A stretch of 64,000 bases of DNA from an uncultured Candidatus Woesearchaeota archaeon (GCA_963835585.1 CAWIGF010000001.1:125160-189159); one strand, 5' to 3'; shown: positions 18,560-29,550, numbered from the stretch's first letter. Notes: a model not told the origin generated them from the sequence alone. A program made the numbers and translations.

Positions 18560-19405
18560 ATGGATAAAAAGACAAGATTAACTGTTATTTTTGGATCGAC
18601 GAGCGATGAGCCGAAAGTCATGCCAGATGTTCATCGAGCAGTAGAAGAATTACCAATTGAAGTCCGTGTCCATTTCGCTTCTGCAGACAATACTCCTAAG
18701 AAAGTAAAGACTATCTTAAGCGAAATCAAGAAAAGAAAAGAACCGCACGAAGCATATATTTTTGGAGCGGGCATGTCTGCAATACTCGGAGCTCCTGTGA
18801 AAAGTGCATCCGGAATCAATGACATTGTGATTGGTATTCCGATTGACGGCGATAAAACAGAAGGGTTGAGTTCCATGCTGTCAATATCTGAAAAACCGCC
18901 ACTGAATCCTGTGTTGACCGTAGGCATGAACAACAGCTATGCCGCACTGAACATCGGATACAGGTTCAAGAAACAAAAATTTGGAAAGATTGTTCTATTA
19001 GATCGCTTAACAGATGATAGAAACATATATAACAATTTTATGAATGCATTTTCGGCATTGGGCATAATTCCATTGTCTTGTCCGATTAATAGTTTAGGCA
19101 CAGATAACGTAGTCGTGAACGACGGATACGACCATGATGCAATTCTTAAGATAGATGAAAAATTAAGTAAAGGAACAGGAATTCAGATTGTTATGCCACA
19201 ATTCGCTCCATATGATGTCTACAGAGAACTTCTCGATAATACTGAAGTGACAGGCATGGTTAACATAGGAAGCTATGGCAATGCAGCGCAGATTGTACAA
19301 AGCAAGAAAGCTTTACGGCGAATAATTATAAAGAAAACAGAGAAATGGAAAAGCCTTGAAGATAACAAAGGATATCTATTATCCAAGAAAGAGGTAAGCA
19401 AATGA
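18560..19405 (+). CDS. PurE-family (AIR carboxylase fold) protein, divergent, with ~120-aa C-terminal extension
   Basis: GSTSD, GAGMSAILGAPV and VIGIPI match the PurE fold. The canonical SAHRTP motif reads SADNTP (nt 18680-18697). First gene of the purine array. Confidence 0.55.
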   Translation: MDKKTRLTVIFGSTSDEPKVMPDVHRAVEELPIEVRVHFASADNTPKKVKTILSEIKKRKEPHEAYIFGAGMSAILGAPVKSASGINDIVIGIPIDGDKTEGLSSMLSISEKPPLNPVLTVGMNNSYAALNIGYRFKKQKFGKIVLLDRLTDDRNIYNNFMNAFSALGIIPLSCPINSLGTDNVVVNDGYDHDAILKIDEKLSKGTGIQIVMPQFAPYDVYRELLDNTEVTGMVNIGSYGNAAQIVQSKKALRRIIIKKTEKWKSLEDNKGYLLSKKEVSK

Positions 19406-20178
19406 CAGACGAATTTGGTGGATTGGAAAACATGATTTATTCTGGCAGAGGGATATTTGTAGGGGCAACGCCCAACAGACAACCATTCGTGGCATACACA
19501 TTGACTGGAAGAAGCCCATCAAGCCAGGCACGAAGACTTGTACAAGAGAAAGACCCAGGATTCATCAAGATAGAAGTCACTGACGAAGAGCAGCTCAAAA
19601 AAGGAAATCCAAAACTACTTATCTACAATGCAATCATGCCGTTCAGTGACGGTCTTGTTGCGAGCAATGGCGCACAAACGATAGTTTTGTACACAGTTGC
19701 ACAGACAACCCAAAACACTTCTCCCGATAAGATAATAAGCACTGCACTTGGAGAACAACGATTCATTGAAGAAATAGATGTAACGACATATGAACCGGAT
19801 GCACCAAATTTTACACCACGAATCGCTGGATGCGTAACTAAGGATAAAGGTGCTCTATATAGTGTAAGAAAACAATCGGATGCAGGACGAACAATATCCA
19901 CTACTTTATTCGAACTTCGCGAAGGAGAGGGATATGGAATAACCACTTACAAGGGCGGCAACGAAAATCCATTGCTTTCTTATTCAGGAGATCCTATTCA
20001 CATAAAAATCACATCAAATGACCCTGCGGACATCGCTGCAAATCTTTATTCGGCATTGCGAGGAAAATCTGAGGAAGATTATCGCGTTTCTGTCGCAGTT
20101 TCTGTAATAGACCTAGCTGCGGATCAAGGCAATACAGGTCATGTAAAACTCAATTCGAGAATTATTAACAGAAAATAA
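19402..20178 (+). CDS. purO: IMP cyclohydrolase, archaeal type (PurO-like)
   Basis: GRGIFVG..PFVAYTLTGRS, IYNAI, VASNGAQT and FTPRIAG parallel the archaeal PurO sequence as I recall it. 4-nt overlap with the upstream gene. Confidence 0.6.
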   Translation: MTDEFGGLENMIYSGRGIFVGATPNRQPFVAYTLTGRSPSSQARRLVQEKDPGFIKIEVTDEEQLKKGNPKLLIYNAIMPFSDGLVASNGAQTIVLYTVAQTTQNTSPDKIISTALGEQRFIEEIDVTTYEPDAPNFTPRIAGCVTKDKGALYSVRKQSDAGRTISTTLFELREGEGYGITTYKGGNENPLLSYSGDPIHIKITSNDPADIAANLYSALRGKSEEDYRVSVAVSVIDLAADQGNTGHVKLNSRIINRK

Positions 20179-20187
20179 GGAGGAAAT

Positions 20188-21408
20188 ATGGCAGAACGCG
20201 GAACAGATGTAACTGGATTCAAGGAAGATTATCGTAAACGAAATGAAGGAGACTACTCAGATTTGTGTTCCATTATTCTGCAGAAAGATTGGGATTTAAA
20301 ATACGGCGAAAATCCTAGCCAAACGGCAGCAATTTATCATATAAAACAGATTAACGAGAAAAATGTTTTAACTGTCCCTGAATTTACAAATCTGCGTTAT
20401 GCAAGAACAGATGATAAAGGAAAAGGTGGCCTTTCTCTGACAAATACAATGGACATAACGAGATCCATGGATGTGCTCAAATTTTTTGACATGCCAGCAG
20501 TTGCTATTATGAAGCATAACATTGTTTCAGGTTTTGCTAAGCAAACAAACAATCAGAGTATGGCTGAGTTATTCAGGCTTGCACGTGATGCAGACAAAAG
20601 AAGCAACTTTGGCGGAACTGTCGTATTCAATAGACCACTCGATATGGATACTGCAAAAGCACTATATGAACTTGAAAAGCCCGATCCTTTCTTCGTAGAT
20701 GTGCTTGCTTCACTTGGTTATGAAGTTGGTGTCATAGATTATGTTCAATCAAAATCAAAGAATGTTCGCATAGGTGAGTTTTCAGGATTGGACAAGTTGC
20801 CAAAATTCAAAGGCGATGATACATATGGATTAGTGTCAATCAAAGAGATGCCTACAGGAAGAATTGGAATTCAAGATATTTTCCTAACTCGCATAAGAAG
20901 CGCAAAAGATCTTATCTTAGACCCAATGGTAATTGACAAGGACGGTAAGAAGCATATTGTTGCACGCGACCCAACACCACAAGAAACTGATAATATATTG
21001 ACGGCATGGTACCTTAATCTTGCCGGCGCACGAAGCAATGGAATTGTAGTTGTATCAGATGGAACTTCCGTAGCGATGGGTTCAGGACAAGTTGAGCGTG
21101 TCGGAGCGATAGAACAGGCACTAGTTAAAGGTATGCAGAAGGCAATGGATAGAGAAGGTATTAAATATGATCCGCTAATGGGTATGCAAGGCTATGAACG
21201 ACTAAAAGTCAATCCATGCAAAGGAGCTGTATGTGCATCAGACGCATTCCCTCCTTTCAGAGATTCAATTGATACCTTAGCACGAGTAGGTGTTACCGCC
21301 GTTGTACAACCATTTGGATCTGTTCATGATAATGAAGTAATTGATGCAGCGAATGAATACAACATTGCAATGCCAGCTACATTAGAACGATGCTTCGGAC
21401 ATTTCTAA
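20188..21408 (+). CDS. purH: AICAR transformylase (PurH, AICARFT domain only)
   Basis: KYGENPSQ motif and C-terminal ERCFGHF. No MGS-like cyclohydrolase domain. Strong AAGGAGG Shine-Dalgarno (SD) sequence. Confidence 0.8.
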   Translation: MAERGTDVTGFKEDYRKRNEGDYSDLCSIILQKDWDLKYGENPSQTAAIYHIKQINEKNVLTVPEFTNLRYARTDDKGKGGLSLTNTMDITRSMDVLKFFDMPAVAIMKHNIVSGFAKQTNNQSMAELFRLARDADKRSNFGGTVVFNRPLDMDTAKALYELEKPDPFFVDVLASLGYEVGVIDYVQSKSKNVRIGEFSGLDKLPKFKGDDTYGLVSIKEMPTGRIGIQDIFLTRIRSAKDLILDPMVIDKDGKKHIVARDPTPQETDNILTAWYLNLAGARSNGIVVVSDGTSVAMGSGQVERVGAIEQALVKGMQKAMDREGIKYDPLMGMQGYERLKVNPCKGAVCASDAFPPFRDSIDTLARVGVTAVVQPFGSVHDNEVIDAANEYNIAMPATLERCFGHF

Positions 21409-21409
21409 C

Positions 21410-23176
21410 ATGACAACAACTACATCACCAGAAACAGCAAAAGTCTTGCAAACCAAACATGGTCTTTCAGAATCAAGCATAGCTTTATTGCTTGACAAGA
21501 ACTTCGATGATAAAGATTTTTCTGAACTAGACAGGCGACTAAGCATTCCTGATGAGACATTCCAAGAGAGAAGGAAACGAAAACAGGACCTTGAAACGAT
21601 ACTTGACAGAGGAGATTCCCCTGAAATAACAACAGGAAGATATGCGCAAAATAACTCATTTGAGGATATAAGTTCAGAACAAGCAATGGTCCAGGGAAGG
21701 ATGAAAGCAGGTGTTGAATATGTTATCAGCGTTTCTGATCTGATTATGCAATCAGGAGTTGAGACTGACATTGTTCAAAGATCATTCACTGACGAAGAAA
21801 AGGATAAACTGAGAGGAATTTATAAAAATTTCAGGACAAAAGACTATCTAGTAGTAAAACTACTCGAGAAAAAAATAGATCATGATATTGTGGCACCAAA
21901 TGCATGGATAGTGATACTTGCACAACTACTTGGTATCGATGCCAATTTGATGAGAAAAATCACCCATCTGTTCAGGACCTCTGCTGATGTAAATACGAAT
22001 GTTGCCGGCGAATTATACATGAAGGCAGTAGGCAAATGGACAGAGACGCTAGGAAAATTAGTTTCGACTCTCGCAGCAAAGGCACAAGAATATAAGAACA
22101 TCACATGTGTTGCACAGACACACGGACAAGATGCTCAATTCACGACGCTAGGCCATATATACGCCAACCTTGCTGAGCAAATCAAACAACACGCAAAACC
22201 GTTTCTTGGAGAAGATAAATTGACTCTGGATGGAAAGATTGCTGGAGCAATCGGTACTGACGTTGACTGGGTTGCCGCGTTGCCAAACATAAATCCGCAA
22301 AACATGTACAAGCATCTTGTCGAGGATATATTTGGCCTGAAATATGTTGAGCTAGGAAATGACCAGGATTGCAGTAATGCTTCTCTCTCGCAAATGCTTG
22401 ATACCATGACGAATGTCGGGTTGGTGCTTAAAAAAGCCGCAACTGACGTTTGGATATACGCATCGCGAGGAATTTTGGCAAAAAAGACAGAAAAAGGAAA
22501 TTCTGGCTCGTCAGCTATGCCGCAGAAAACCAATCCTTTCTTTGCCGAAAGCGCGGAGGCACTTATGTCAATTTCATCCGCGATGTACAATCCAATCAAA
22601 GAAATGATGGTCGCATACAGGGAACAAGGAGACCTGCGAAGGTCAATAACGCAGCGCGAAGGCTTCCACCCAATTATGCTATCAATAATTGGAATGAACA
22701 GAATTATCGGAGAACTGAATAAATATTCTCCAAATATTGTTGCGATTGAGAATCAGATTAACACAGCTGGAGCATCTGTTGCATCATCTGCAATAAGCAA
22801 TTACTTGCGTGCACATGGCGTTCCTGATGCATATGACCGAATAAAAGGTATTGTCATGAAACCATTCGTAAAAACAGAAGAAGTCGAATCGTACATAAAT
22901 GGAATGGTTGAAAACAACGAATTGAAATCGGATGCAGCAACACATATTAAAGGCATGTTGGCATCAGTAATGGACGACGGAACAATGGCACGGTTACAAG
23001 AAGGAAATCTTGGTTCTGATGCTGAGAAAGAAATTTTCGCGCAGATTACAAAAAGAAATAGCGACATTGGAAACAGAGCTTCATTACTCGGAAATTCAGT
23101 TGCACAAACCGAAAGAATGATTGAAAATTCATTTAATACAATAGTATTATTAGATAGATACAGACAAACGAGGTAA
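21410..23176 (+). CDS. purB: Adenylosuccinate lyase (PurB) with long N-terminal extension
   Basis: Fumarate-lyase signature GSSAMPQKTNP. 588 aa against a usual ~430-460. Confidence 0.8.
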   Translation: MTTTTSPETAKVLQTKHGLSESSIALLLDKNFDDKDFSELDRRLSIPDETFQERRKRKQDLETILDRGDSPEITTGRYAQNNSFEDISSEQAMVQGRMKAGVEYVISVSDLIMQSGVETDIVQRSFTDEEKDKLRGIYKNFRTKDYLVVKLLEKKIDHDIVAPNAWIVILAQLLGIDANLMRKITHLFRTSADVNTNVAGELYMKAVGKWTETLGKLVSTLAAKAQEYKNITCVAQTHGQDAQFTTLGHIYANLAEQIKQHAKPFLGEDKLTLDGKIAGAIGTDVDWVAALPNINPQNMYKHLVEDIFGLKYVELGNDQDCSNASLSQMLDTMTNVGLVLKKAATDVWIYASRGILAKKTEKGNSGSSAMPQKTNPFFAESAEALMSISSAMYNPIKEMMVAYREQGDLRRSITQREGFHPIMLSIIGMNRIIGELNKYSPNIVAIENQINTAGASVASSAISNYLRAHGVPDAYDRIKGIVMKPFVKTEEVESYINGMVENNELKSDAATHIKGMLASVMDDGTMARLQEGNLGSDAEKEIFAQITKRNSDIGNRASLLGNSVAQTERMIENSFNTIVLLDRYRQTR

Positions 23177-24292
23177 ATGAAAATGGAATACAAACGAATT
23201 GTTGATCACGCGACAAGCGTAAAGAGAATAGGAATAATAAAAGAGCCAACAGCAACTGAAGCTGGTGAAGCTGATTTCACATTCAGGCCGGTCTTCTCTG
23301 TGTTTGACTATGGAACCATTGAACCTGCTGTGCCGCTCGATAATACCACGATTTGCTTAATGGCCGGATTTAATTTCGAACTCCTTAAAGGTCACATGAT
23401 CAAAAGCCACTACATAGGATTGGTTGATGATGACGGAAAATACATCAGCGCAACCGGTGCTATGTCTAACGGAATTGCGCCACAGACTATGCGACTTAAA
23501 TTTGTCAACAGACTCATGCCTGAGTTCAAGGATGGCAAATGGGATTATTCTACGTTCAAGAATCCTCCTGTTAATAATTATGTGCAGCCGATTGAGTTCA
23601 TAACACGAAATGAATTGCCTGAAAGCGCTTCTGTGTGGAAACGGATAGCTCGCGGCGATATCACGCTCGCTGATTTAGGATTGCCTAATGATTTCAAGCC
23701 AGGCATGCCGATACCTGATGCACCGTTGCTAGATTACACTACAAAATTTGAGAAAGGGGATAAACCGCTGACACCTGCACAAACACAGGAATTGATGGGC
23801 ATCTCAAATGAAAGATTCGCACGGATAAATGAAATAACAAAACATGCAAGCAAAATTATGACGAATTATGCCGCATCAAGAGGGTTCAAGAGACTTGACG
23901 GAAAAGTTGAATATGTTGTTATACCCGAGCTTGGCGATGTTCTTGGTGATGCGGTCTGCACATGGCATGAGGATAGATTGGTATATAATGGTGTTGGCAT
24001 CAGCAAACAAAGGATTCGTGACAAAATCAAGGCATTGAATCCTGCTTGGGTTGCAGAATTAGAACGTGCAAAGAAAGAAGCCGAACAAAATGGTGTCAAG
24101 GATTTCAGGACATTGATGAATCCTGAGATAAAATACAATTCGCCATCGCCTGAATTCTTTAATGGAATTAATCTATTGTTCAGGGCTGCGACAAACCAAT
24201 GGGTCGATAAGAAGGTCTACAATCTTGGCAATGGAGATACGTTAGAGGATAGTCTACAGCGTGCAATAGAAGAATTCCAGAAAGTAAAGTAA
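23177..24292 (+). CDS. purC: SAICAR synthetase (PurC-like), enlarged
   Basis: Operon position between purB and purM. SAICAR-synthase-like core (KRLDGKVEYVV, GDAVCTWHEDRL). 371 aa. Confidence 0.6.
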   Translation: MKMEYKRIVDHATSVKRIGIIKEPTATEAGEADFTFRPVFSVFDYGTIEPAVPLDNTTICLMAGFNFELLKGHMIKSHYIGLVDDDGKYISATGAMSNGIAPQTMRLKFVNRLMPEFKDGKWDYSTFKNPPVNNYVQPIEFITRNELPESASVWKRIARGDITLADLGLPNDFKPGMPIPDAPLLDYTTKFEKGDKPLTPAQTQELMGISNERFARINEITKHASKIMTNYAASRGFKRLDGKVEYVVIPELGDVLGDAVCTWHEDRLVYNGVGISKQRIRDKIKALNPAWVAELERAKKEAEQNGVKDFRTLMNPEIKYNSPSPEFFNGINLLFRAATNQWVDKKVYNLGNGDTLEDSLQRAIEEFQKVK

Positions 24293-24297
24293 ACAAT

Positions 24298-25470
24298 ATG
24301 ACATCTCAAACGGACGATAACTACGAAGAAAGCGAAGAGATAGCAATAACTCAAGGCAAAAAAGCTCTTTCACAGGCACCCTGGCTGTTCAATCGAACTA
24401 TTCGTCTCTCAAAGGGATTCTTTTTCGAATTGAAAGAAAACGACAAAGTACATCCAAATTGGTATTCTGTTTCCTGCGTCGACGGAGTCGGCACAAAGCT
24501 TTTCTTGAGTGCATGGTCAGGCAACTATCGATTGGCACCTATTGATGGCATTGCTATGAATGCAAATGACATGGCAACCGCAATACGTGCATACCCTAGT
24601 GATTTGATGATTTACATTGCGTGCCAGAAAGGCGTTGAAGAAAACAAAATGGGCGAAATCATGGAAGGCTTTGTCGATGGTACTAATAAAATTCGGATAC
24701 CGAATGCTCCATGGGACCTCAATGTCGGAAAAATGGAGACAGCCTCATTGGATGAAATTGTCTCCCTAGGAATAGCTAATTATGGTGTTGATTTCGGCAT
24801 CGCGATGACTGGGTACATAAAAAAGATTGATATTCCTAACTTGAATCCTAAACCTGGACACATCATAGTTGGTGTCGCATCAACAGGCATGCATAGCAAC
24901 GGATATACAAGTGGCAGGCATGTTTTGCTGAGGCCATACATTGCATTGGAGCCCAGAGATGAATTCAGGCAGCTCTACAAAGGAAGATTCTCGCTCGATA
25001 GCAAACCAGAGTTGCTTGGAGGGAAAACTGTTTTGGAGGCGATGCAAATACCTACTGCACTATATCTTGTTGATGCGGCGATAATTGGGAAAGAAAATCC
25101 AGATAACAAAGACATATATGGTATAAACATCACAGGAAATGGTCTGAAAAACTTCAATCGTGCAGGTCATGACGTTTCTTTTGAGATAACTGATCCTTTA
25201 GAACCACTACCAATACATAAATTATTGGTACAGGAATCAAAATGGACACCAGAGGAAGCGTACGTAAAACAAAATATGGGAATGGGATTCGCATTTATTG
25301 TTCCATCCAAAAACATAGCAAACACTGTTGTGAAACTCATCAATGATGGCGGAGAAAATAAAGCAAAGATTGTCGGAGAAGTTGCGCGGAACGACAGCAA
25401 AGTCTTGCAGACTACACTGCACAAACCATATGAAGGAAAACCAATAACATTGAAAGGCTACAATAACTAA
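24298..25470 (+). CDS. purM: AIR synthetase (PurM)
   Basis: VDGVGTKL motif and the PurM N/C domain layout. Confidence 0.8.
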   Translation: MTSQTDDNYEESEEIAITQGKKALSQAPWLFNRTIRLSKGFFFELKENDKVHPNWYSVSCVDGVGTKLFLSAWSGNYRLAPIDGIAMNANDMATAIRAYPSDLMIYIACQKGVEENKMGEIMEGFVDGTNKIRIPNAPWDLNVGKMETASLDEIVSLGIANYGVDFGIAMTGYIKKIDIPNLNPKPGHIIVGVASTGMHSNGYTSGRHVLLRPYIALEPRDEFRQLYKGRFSLDSKPELLGGKTVLEAMQIPTALYLVDAAIIGKENPDNKDIYGINITGNGLKNFNRAGHDVSFEITDPLEPLPIHKLLVQESKWTPEEAYVKQNMGMGFAFIVPSKNIANTVVKLINDGGENKAKIVGEVARNDSKVLQTTLHKPYEGKPITLKGYNN

Positions 25471-25471
25471 T

Positions 25472-28400
25472 ATGGGGCAAAGAATAGAAGTATTAACAAA
25501 AGGCAGCGTTGATTTTTCGCAACAAGGGTTATTAACCAACTTGCCCATAAGGGTCTTTAATATAGATGATGATACTTTAAATCAAGACGAGCTTAAAAAA
25601 ATCCAAGGGATTTTGGCTGACCCAATTTCTGATGTTTCTTCTTTGAATTATCCAGTACTTAACAAGATTCCTGAAGATGGAATCGTAATTGAGAAAACAC
25701 CAAAGCCGGGTGTTACTGATCCGGATGGAGAAGCGACAAGAAAAGTAATTCAGAGAAGTCTTGGAAGAGAAATAGGACCAGTGTCTTTTTCAAACCAATA
25801 TTTGTGGAGAGGGCAGTTGAATTCTACACAAAGCACACTGCTTAATAAAAGATTAGGCAACCCTGCCATAGATGATTTTATACATGTGACACATAATGCT
25901 TGGAATGGTTCAAAAGGAATAGGATTCCATTTTCCTGCTGTTAATTTGCCAAAACCAGAACCATTTACTTATCAATTAACAAGAGATGGATTAACTATTG
26001 ATTCTCAAACAACAGATGAGCAATTGGTGAGAATAAGCAATGAAAGATTGCTTGCATTAAATCTTGAAGAAATGAAAGCGATGCTGGAACCATTTAAAGA
26101 TCCTGATTTTTTAAAAGAAAGAGCGAAGCACGGATTAGAAGCAAGATTAACTGATGCTGAAGCAGAAATGAATGCTCAAACATGGTCTGAGCATTGCATT
26201 CACAAGAAATTTGGCGCAAAATGGTTCTATGAATCTGAGGATCCGAACGACAAATCTGGCCTTCCTCCAATGACAGATAACATATTCAAATCGATCATAA
26301 AGGAAGCTGCTATGCATACTGCAGAAAAAGTTGACTGGGTCGTTTCTATTTTTGAAGATAATGCAGGAGTTATAAAATTAAATGAAACTTACAACATCGG
26401 ACAAAAAGTAGAAACGCATTGTCATCCTTCAGGTATTGATGGATTTGGTGGTGGAGGAACAGGAACAGGTGGAGATCTAAGAGATCCAAAAAGTACGGGA
26501 AAAAACATGAAACCTGTTTCTGATGGCTTTTCATACAGGTTTGCTCATCCATGTACTTTTACTGATCTTCCATTAGATATTCAATCTCCTGCAAGAACTT
26601 TTGAAACAGTTGTTCAAGGAGTTGAAAGCTATGGAAATAAAATGGGAGTTCCAACAGTATGTGGCCAAGTAATGATTGACAATGGATGGATAAAACCAGG
26701 AGTTTACGTAGAAACTGTCGCAGTTGCTCCAGCAAGATTAAATGGAAGATTAACTCATACAAAAGAGCTGGAACCTGGATTAGTTTTGCTTTCCATAGGA
26801 GGAAAGGTTGGAAAAGACGGTATTCACGGAGCGACAGCATCATCTATGAGTTTGTCTGCAGATGCAGAACAAAATTCTTTGGTCAACCAAAGTGTTCAAA
26901 TTGGCAATCCAATTGTTGAAAAAAATGTTTTTGAAACCATGGATATTCTTAATAATTTGGATTATATTGAGGCCTCACAGGATTGCGGTGCAGGCGGATG
27001 GAATTCTGCTGTAGGTGAGCTTACTGGAATGCTGAATGAATTAGAAGAAGCAAGATACAAAGTTCAATCGAGATTTGAGCAGGACAAAATAACAAAAGAA
27101 ACTCCCGTGGATAAAAGAGTAAATGCAGCATTTGATGAACTTAAATTAAATTCGCCAATTGGTTCTCCTTTTGCAGACACAATTAAAGAAGAAATAGTTT
27201 CTGGGAAAATTTTTGAAAGAAAAAGCAATGGCAAGGGCGGATCAGTGATGGATTTAACTCACGCTCCTGAAAAGTACCAAGGCTTGACAGCATGGGAAAA
27301 AATAGTTTCCGAAGCGCAGGAGAGGGAAATTATTGCTGTGAAACCAAGAAATATTGAAAAAGCAATGGAAATTTGTAAACACAATAACGTCGAGGCAACA
27401 CCAATTGCAGTTTTGAATGACACAGGATTTTATGAGGTCAAAGATCAAGACAAGACTGTCGCACTTCTCCCAGTAGAATTTTTGCACAAGGGTCTGCCAC
27501 AAATGACCATACATGCGAAATGGACTCCATGCAAAAACAAAGAACCTGAAATTCCTTATGCAGATGATTTGACAGATGCTGCTCTGCAGATGACTGCAAG
27601 ACCAAATATGCAAAGTTATGAATGGATTTTTAGAAGATATGATCATGAAGTGCAGGGAGGGAGCAGGCTGAAACCAATAGTTGGGAGAGGCAAAGGAAGA
27701 AATGATGCTGTTGCATACAAACCAATTTTAACAGAAAAAGAAATTGTAATTGAATCACAAGGAAGCAACCCATGGCAGGGAGATATAGATGCATATGAAA
27801 TGGGGAAAAATGCGGTTGTCGACGGAATAGGAAGAATTGTTGCAGCAGGCGGTAATCTTGAAAAAATGGTTAATAATGGAAATACAACCTGTCCAAAACC
27901 AGAAGAAGATCCTTATGTAGCAGCACAAGTGATGAGAATGTTGAAGGGTTCTGCGGATGCAGAAAAAGAAATGGGAATGTTAAGGTTTTCCGGAAAAGAC
28001 AGCACAGGCATGGAGAGAACATATAAAAGTACTTCAACAGGTCAATTGGTTCATATCAAAGCGAAACCAGAATTGCTGATTAGCGCTTTAGCAGTCGTTC
28101 CAGATGATTCAACAATAACAAGTCCTGATTTTAAGATTCCTGAAGCTGCGATATATGTCGTAGGTAAAACAAGAGATGAATTGGGTGCGAGCGAATTTTA
28201 TGCTATGCATGATCAAGTAGGGAAAAATGTCCCAGTTTCAAATTTGACAGAAATTAAATCACATTATCAGGCAATGATTGAAGCGATTAAAACAGGTGTT
28301 GTCCATTCGTGCCAATACATAGGACGCGGTGGGTTATTAGCTGCATTGGAAAATTCTGCAATTAGCGGAGATTTAGGGGTTCAAGTTTCAATTGATTCAA

Positions 28401-28648
28401 TTGGTGATAAATTAGAAAGAGCAGATAAAATATTATTCTCGGAAACAACAGGAAGATTCGTCGTGTCAGTAGACAAAGAAGATAGCGCAAAATTTGAGGC
28501 AGTGATTCAGCAGAAAGGAGAATATGCAAAAAAAATAGGATATGTAAGAGCAGACAAGTCATTCGTCGTTGAGTATAAAGGAAAGTCAGTGATTAAAACA
28601 GATGTTGACACTTTCAGGGATAAAAATAAAGGAGAAATAAGATTTTAA
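25472..28648 (+). CDS. purL: FGAM synthase II (PurL) with N-terminal PurS-like segment
   Basis: WSEHCIHKKF hallmark and duplicated PurM-like domains. The N-terminal ~230 aa include GVTDPDGEATRKVIQRSLG (PurS-like). Confidence 0.85.
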   Translation: MGQRIEVLTKGSVDFSQQGLLTNLPIRVFNIDDDTLNQDELKKIQGILADPISDVSSLNYPVLNKIPEDGIVIEKTPKPGVTDPDGEATRKVIQRSLGREIGPVSFSNQYLWRGQLNSTQSTLLNKRLGNPAIDDFIHVTHNAWNGSKGIGFHFPAVNLPKPEPFTYQLTRDGLTIDSQTTDEQLVRISNERLLALNLEEMKAMLEPFKDPDFLKERAKHGLEARLTDAEAEMNAQTWSEHCIHKKFGAKWFYESEDPNDKSGLPPMTDNIFKSIIKEAAMHTAEKVDWVVSIFEDNAGVIKLNETYNIGQKVETHCHPSGIDGFGGGGTGTGGDLRDPKSTGKNMKPVSDGFSYRFAHPCTFTDLPLDIQSPARTFETVVQGVESYGNKMGVPTVCGQVMIDNGWIKPGVYVETVAVAPARLNGRLTHTKELEPGLVLLSIGGKVGKDGIHGATASSMSLSADAEQNSLVNQSVQIGNPIVEKNVFETMDILNNLDYIEASQDCGAGGWNSAVGELTGMLNELEEARYKVQSRFEQDKITKETPVDKRVNAAFDELKLNSPIGSPFADTIKEEIVSGKIFERKSNGKGGSVMDLTHAPEKYQGLTAWEKIVSEAQEREIIAVKPRNIEKAMEICKHNNVEATPIAVLNDTGFYEVKDQDKTVALLPVEFLHKGLPQMTIHAKWTPCKNKEPEIPYADDLTDAALQMTARPNMQSYEWIFRRYDHEVQGGSRLKPIVGRGKGRNDAVAYKPILTEKEIVIESQGSNPWQGDIDAYEMGKNAVVDGIGRIVAAGGNLEKMVNNGNTTCPKPEEDPYVAAQVMRMLKGSADAEKEMGMLRFSGKDSTGMERTYKSTSTGQLVHIKAKPELLISALAVVPDDSTITSPDFKIPEAAIYVVGKTRDELGASEFYAMHDQVGKNVPVSNLTEIKSHYQAMIEAIKTGVVHSCQYIGRGGLLAALENSAISGDLGVQVSIDSIGDKLERADKILFSETTGRFVVSVDKEDSAKFEAVIQQKGEYAKKIGYVRADKSFVVEYKGKSVIKTDVDTFRDKNKGEIRF

Positions 28649-29550
28649 TGGTGCGTGCAATAGTAATAAGGACGGATGGAACCAATTGCGATGGAGAAAC
28701 AAAAAGAGCAATAGAATTAGCTGGGGCTCAAGCAGACATAGTTCACTTAAATTCTTTGGCAAGAAATTACGACCCAGCGACTGGAAAGAATCCAAAACTT
28801 GACGATTTTGATTTAGCGGTAATCGCAGGTGGGTTTTCAAATGGAGATTACATTGCCTCTGGAAAAATACTTGCTTGTGATTTGAGCCATTATTTGGGAG
28901 ATCAGCTCGCAAAATTTGTAGAGGCAGGAAAACCAATAATAGGAATTTGCAATGGCTTCCAAGTTTTGGTAAAATATGGTTTGCTTCCAAAATTTGAGGG
29001 AGAAATAAAACAAACAACAACTCTAACATTTAATGATAGTCCAGGTTATGATGAAAGCAGAAGATTTAGATGTGACTGGATAAAATTGGCAAAACCAAAA
29101 ACAGCAGGAGATAAATGTATATGGACCAAAGGAATCGAAAGCATCGATTTACCGATTGCACATGGAGAAGGAAGGTTTGTCGCAGATAAAGATGTTTGCA
29201 AGAAATTATTTGATCAAGGACAGGTTGTTTTTCAGTATGTTGATAAGTCTGGAAATCCCACAATGAAGTTTCCAGAGAACCCAAACGGTTCAATGGAGGC
29301 AATTGCAGGAATCTGCGATCCAACAGGAAGAATTTTTGGATTAATGCCCCATCCTGAAAGATATAATGATCCTCTCAATCATCCAAATGCATATTTGCAA
29401 AAAGTTCTTACTAAACAAAGCAAATTAGCTGAAAAAAATAAAAAAGATCTTGGTGAAGATGTTAAAAAAATGGTTGATGAAGTAGGGTTACTGCCAGAAG
29501 AAGGCCTTGGAATACAAATATTCAGGAATGCTGTGGAGTATTGTAAATGA
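28648..29550 (+). CDS. purQ: FGAM synthase glutaminase subunit (PurQ)
   Basis: GICNGFQVL nucleophile elbow, HGEGRF and MPHPER. Confidence 0.85.
   Translation: MVRAIVIRTDGTNCDGETKRAIELAGAQADIVHLNSLARNYDPATGKNPKLDDFDLAVIAGGFSNGDYIASGKILACDLSHYLGDQLAKFVEAGKPIIGICNGFQVLVKYGLLPKFEGEIKQTTTLTFNDSPGYDESRRFRCDWIKLAKPKTAGDKCIWTKGIESIDLPIAHGEGRFVADKDVCKKLFDQGQVVFQYVDKSGNPTMKFPENPNGSMEAIAGICDPTGRIFGLMPHPERYNDPLNHPNAYLQKVLTKQSKLAEKNKKDLGEDVKKMVDEVGLLPEEGLGIQIFRNAVEYCK

Noticed and set aside
26370-29323. Multiple 60-147-aa minus-strand ORFs inside purL and purQ
   Set aside because: These are antisense shadows within strongly supported genes. They are Leu/Phe/His-rich with no motifs.
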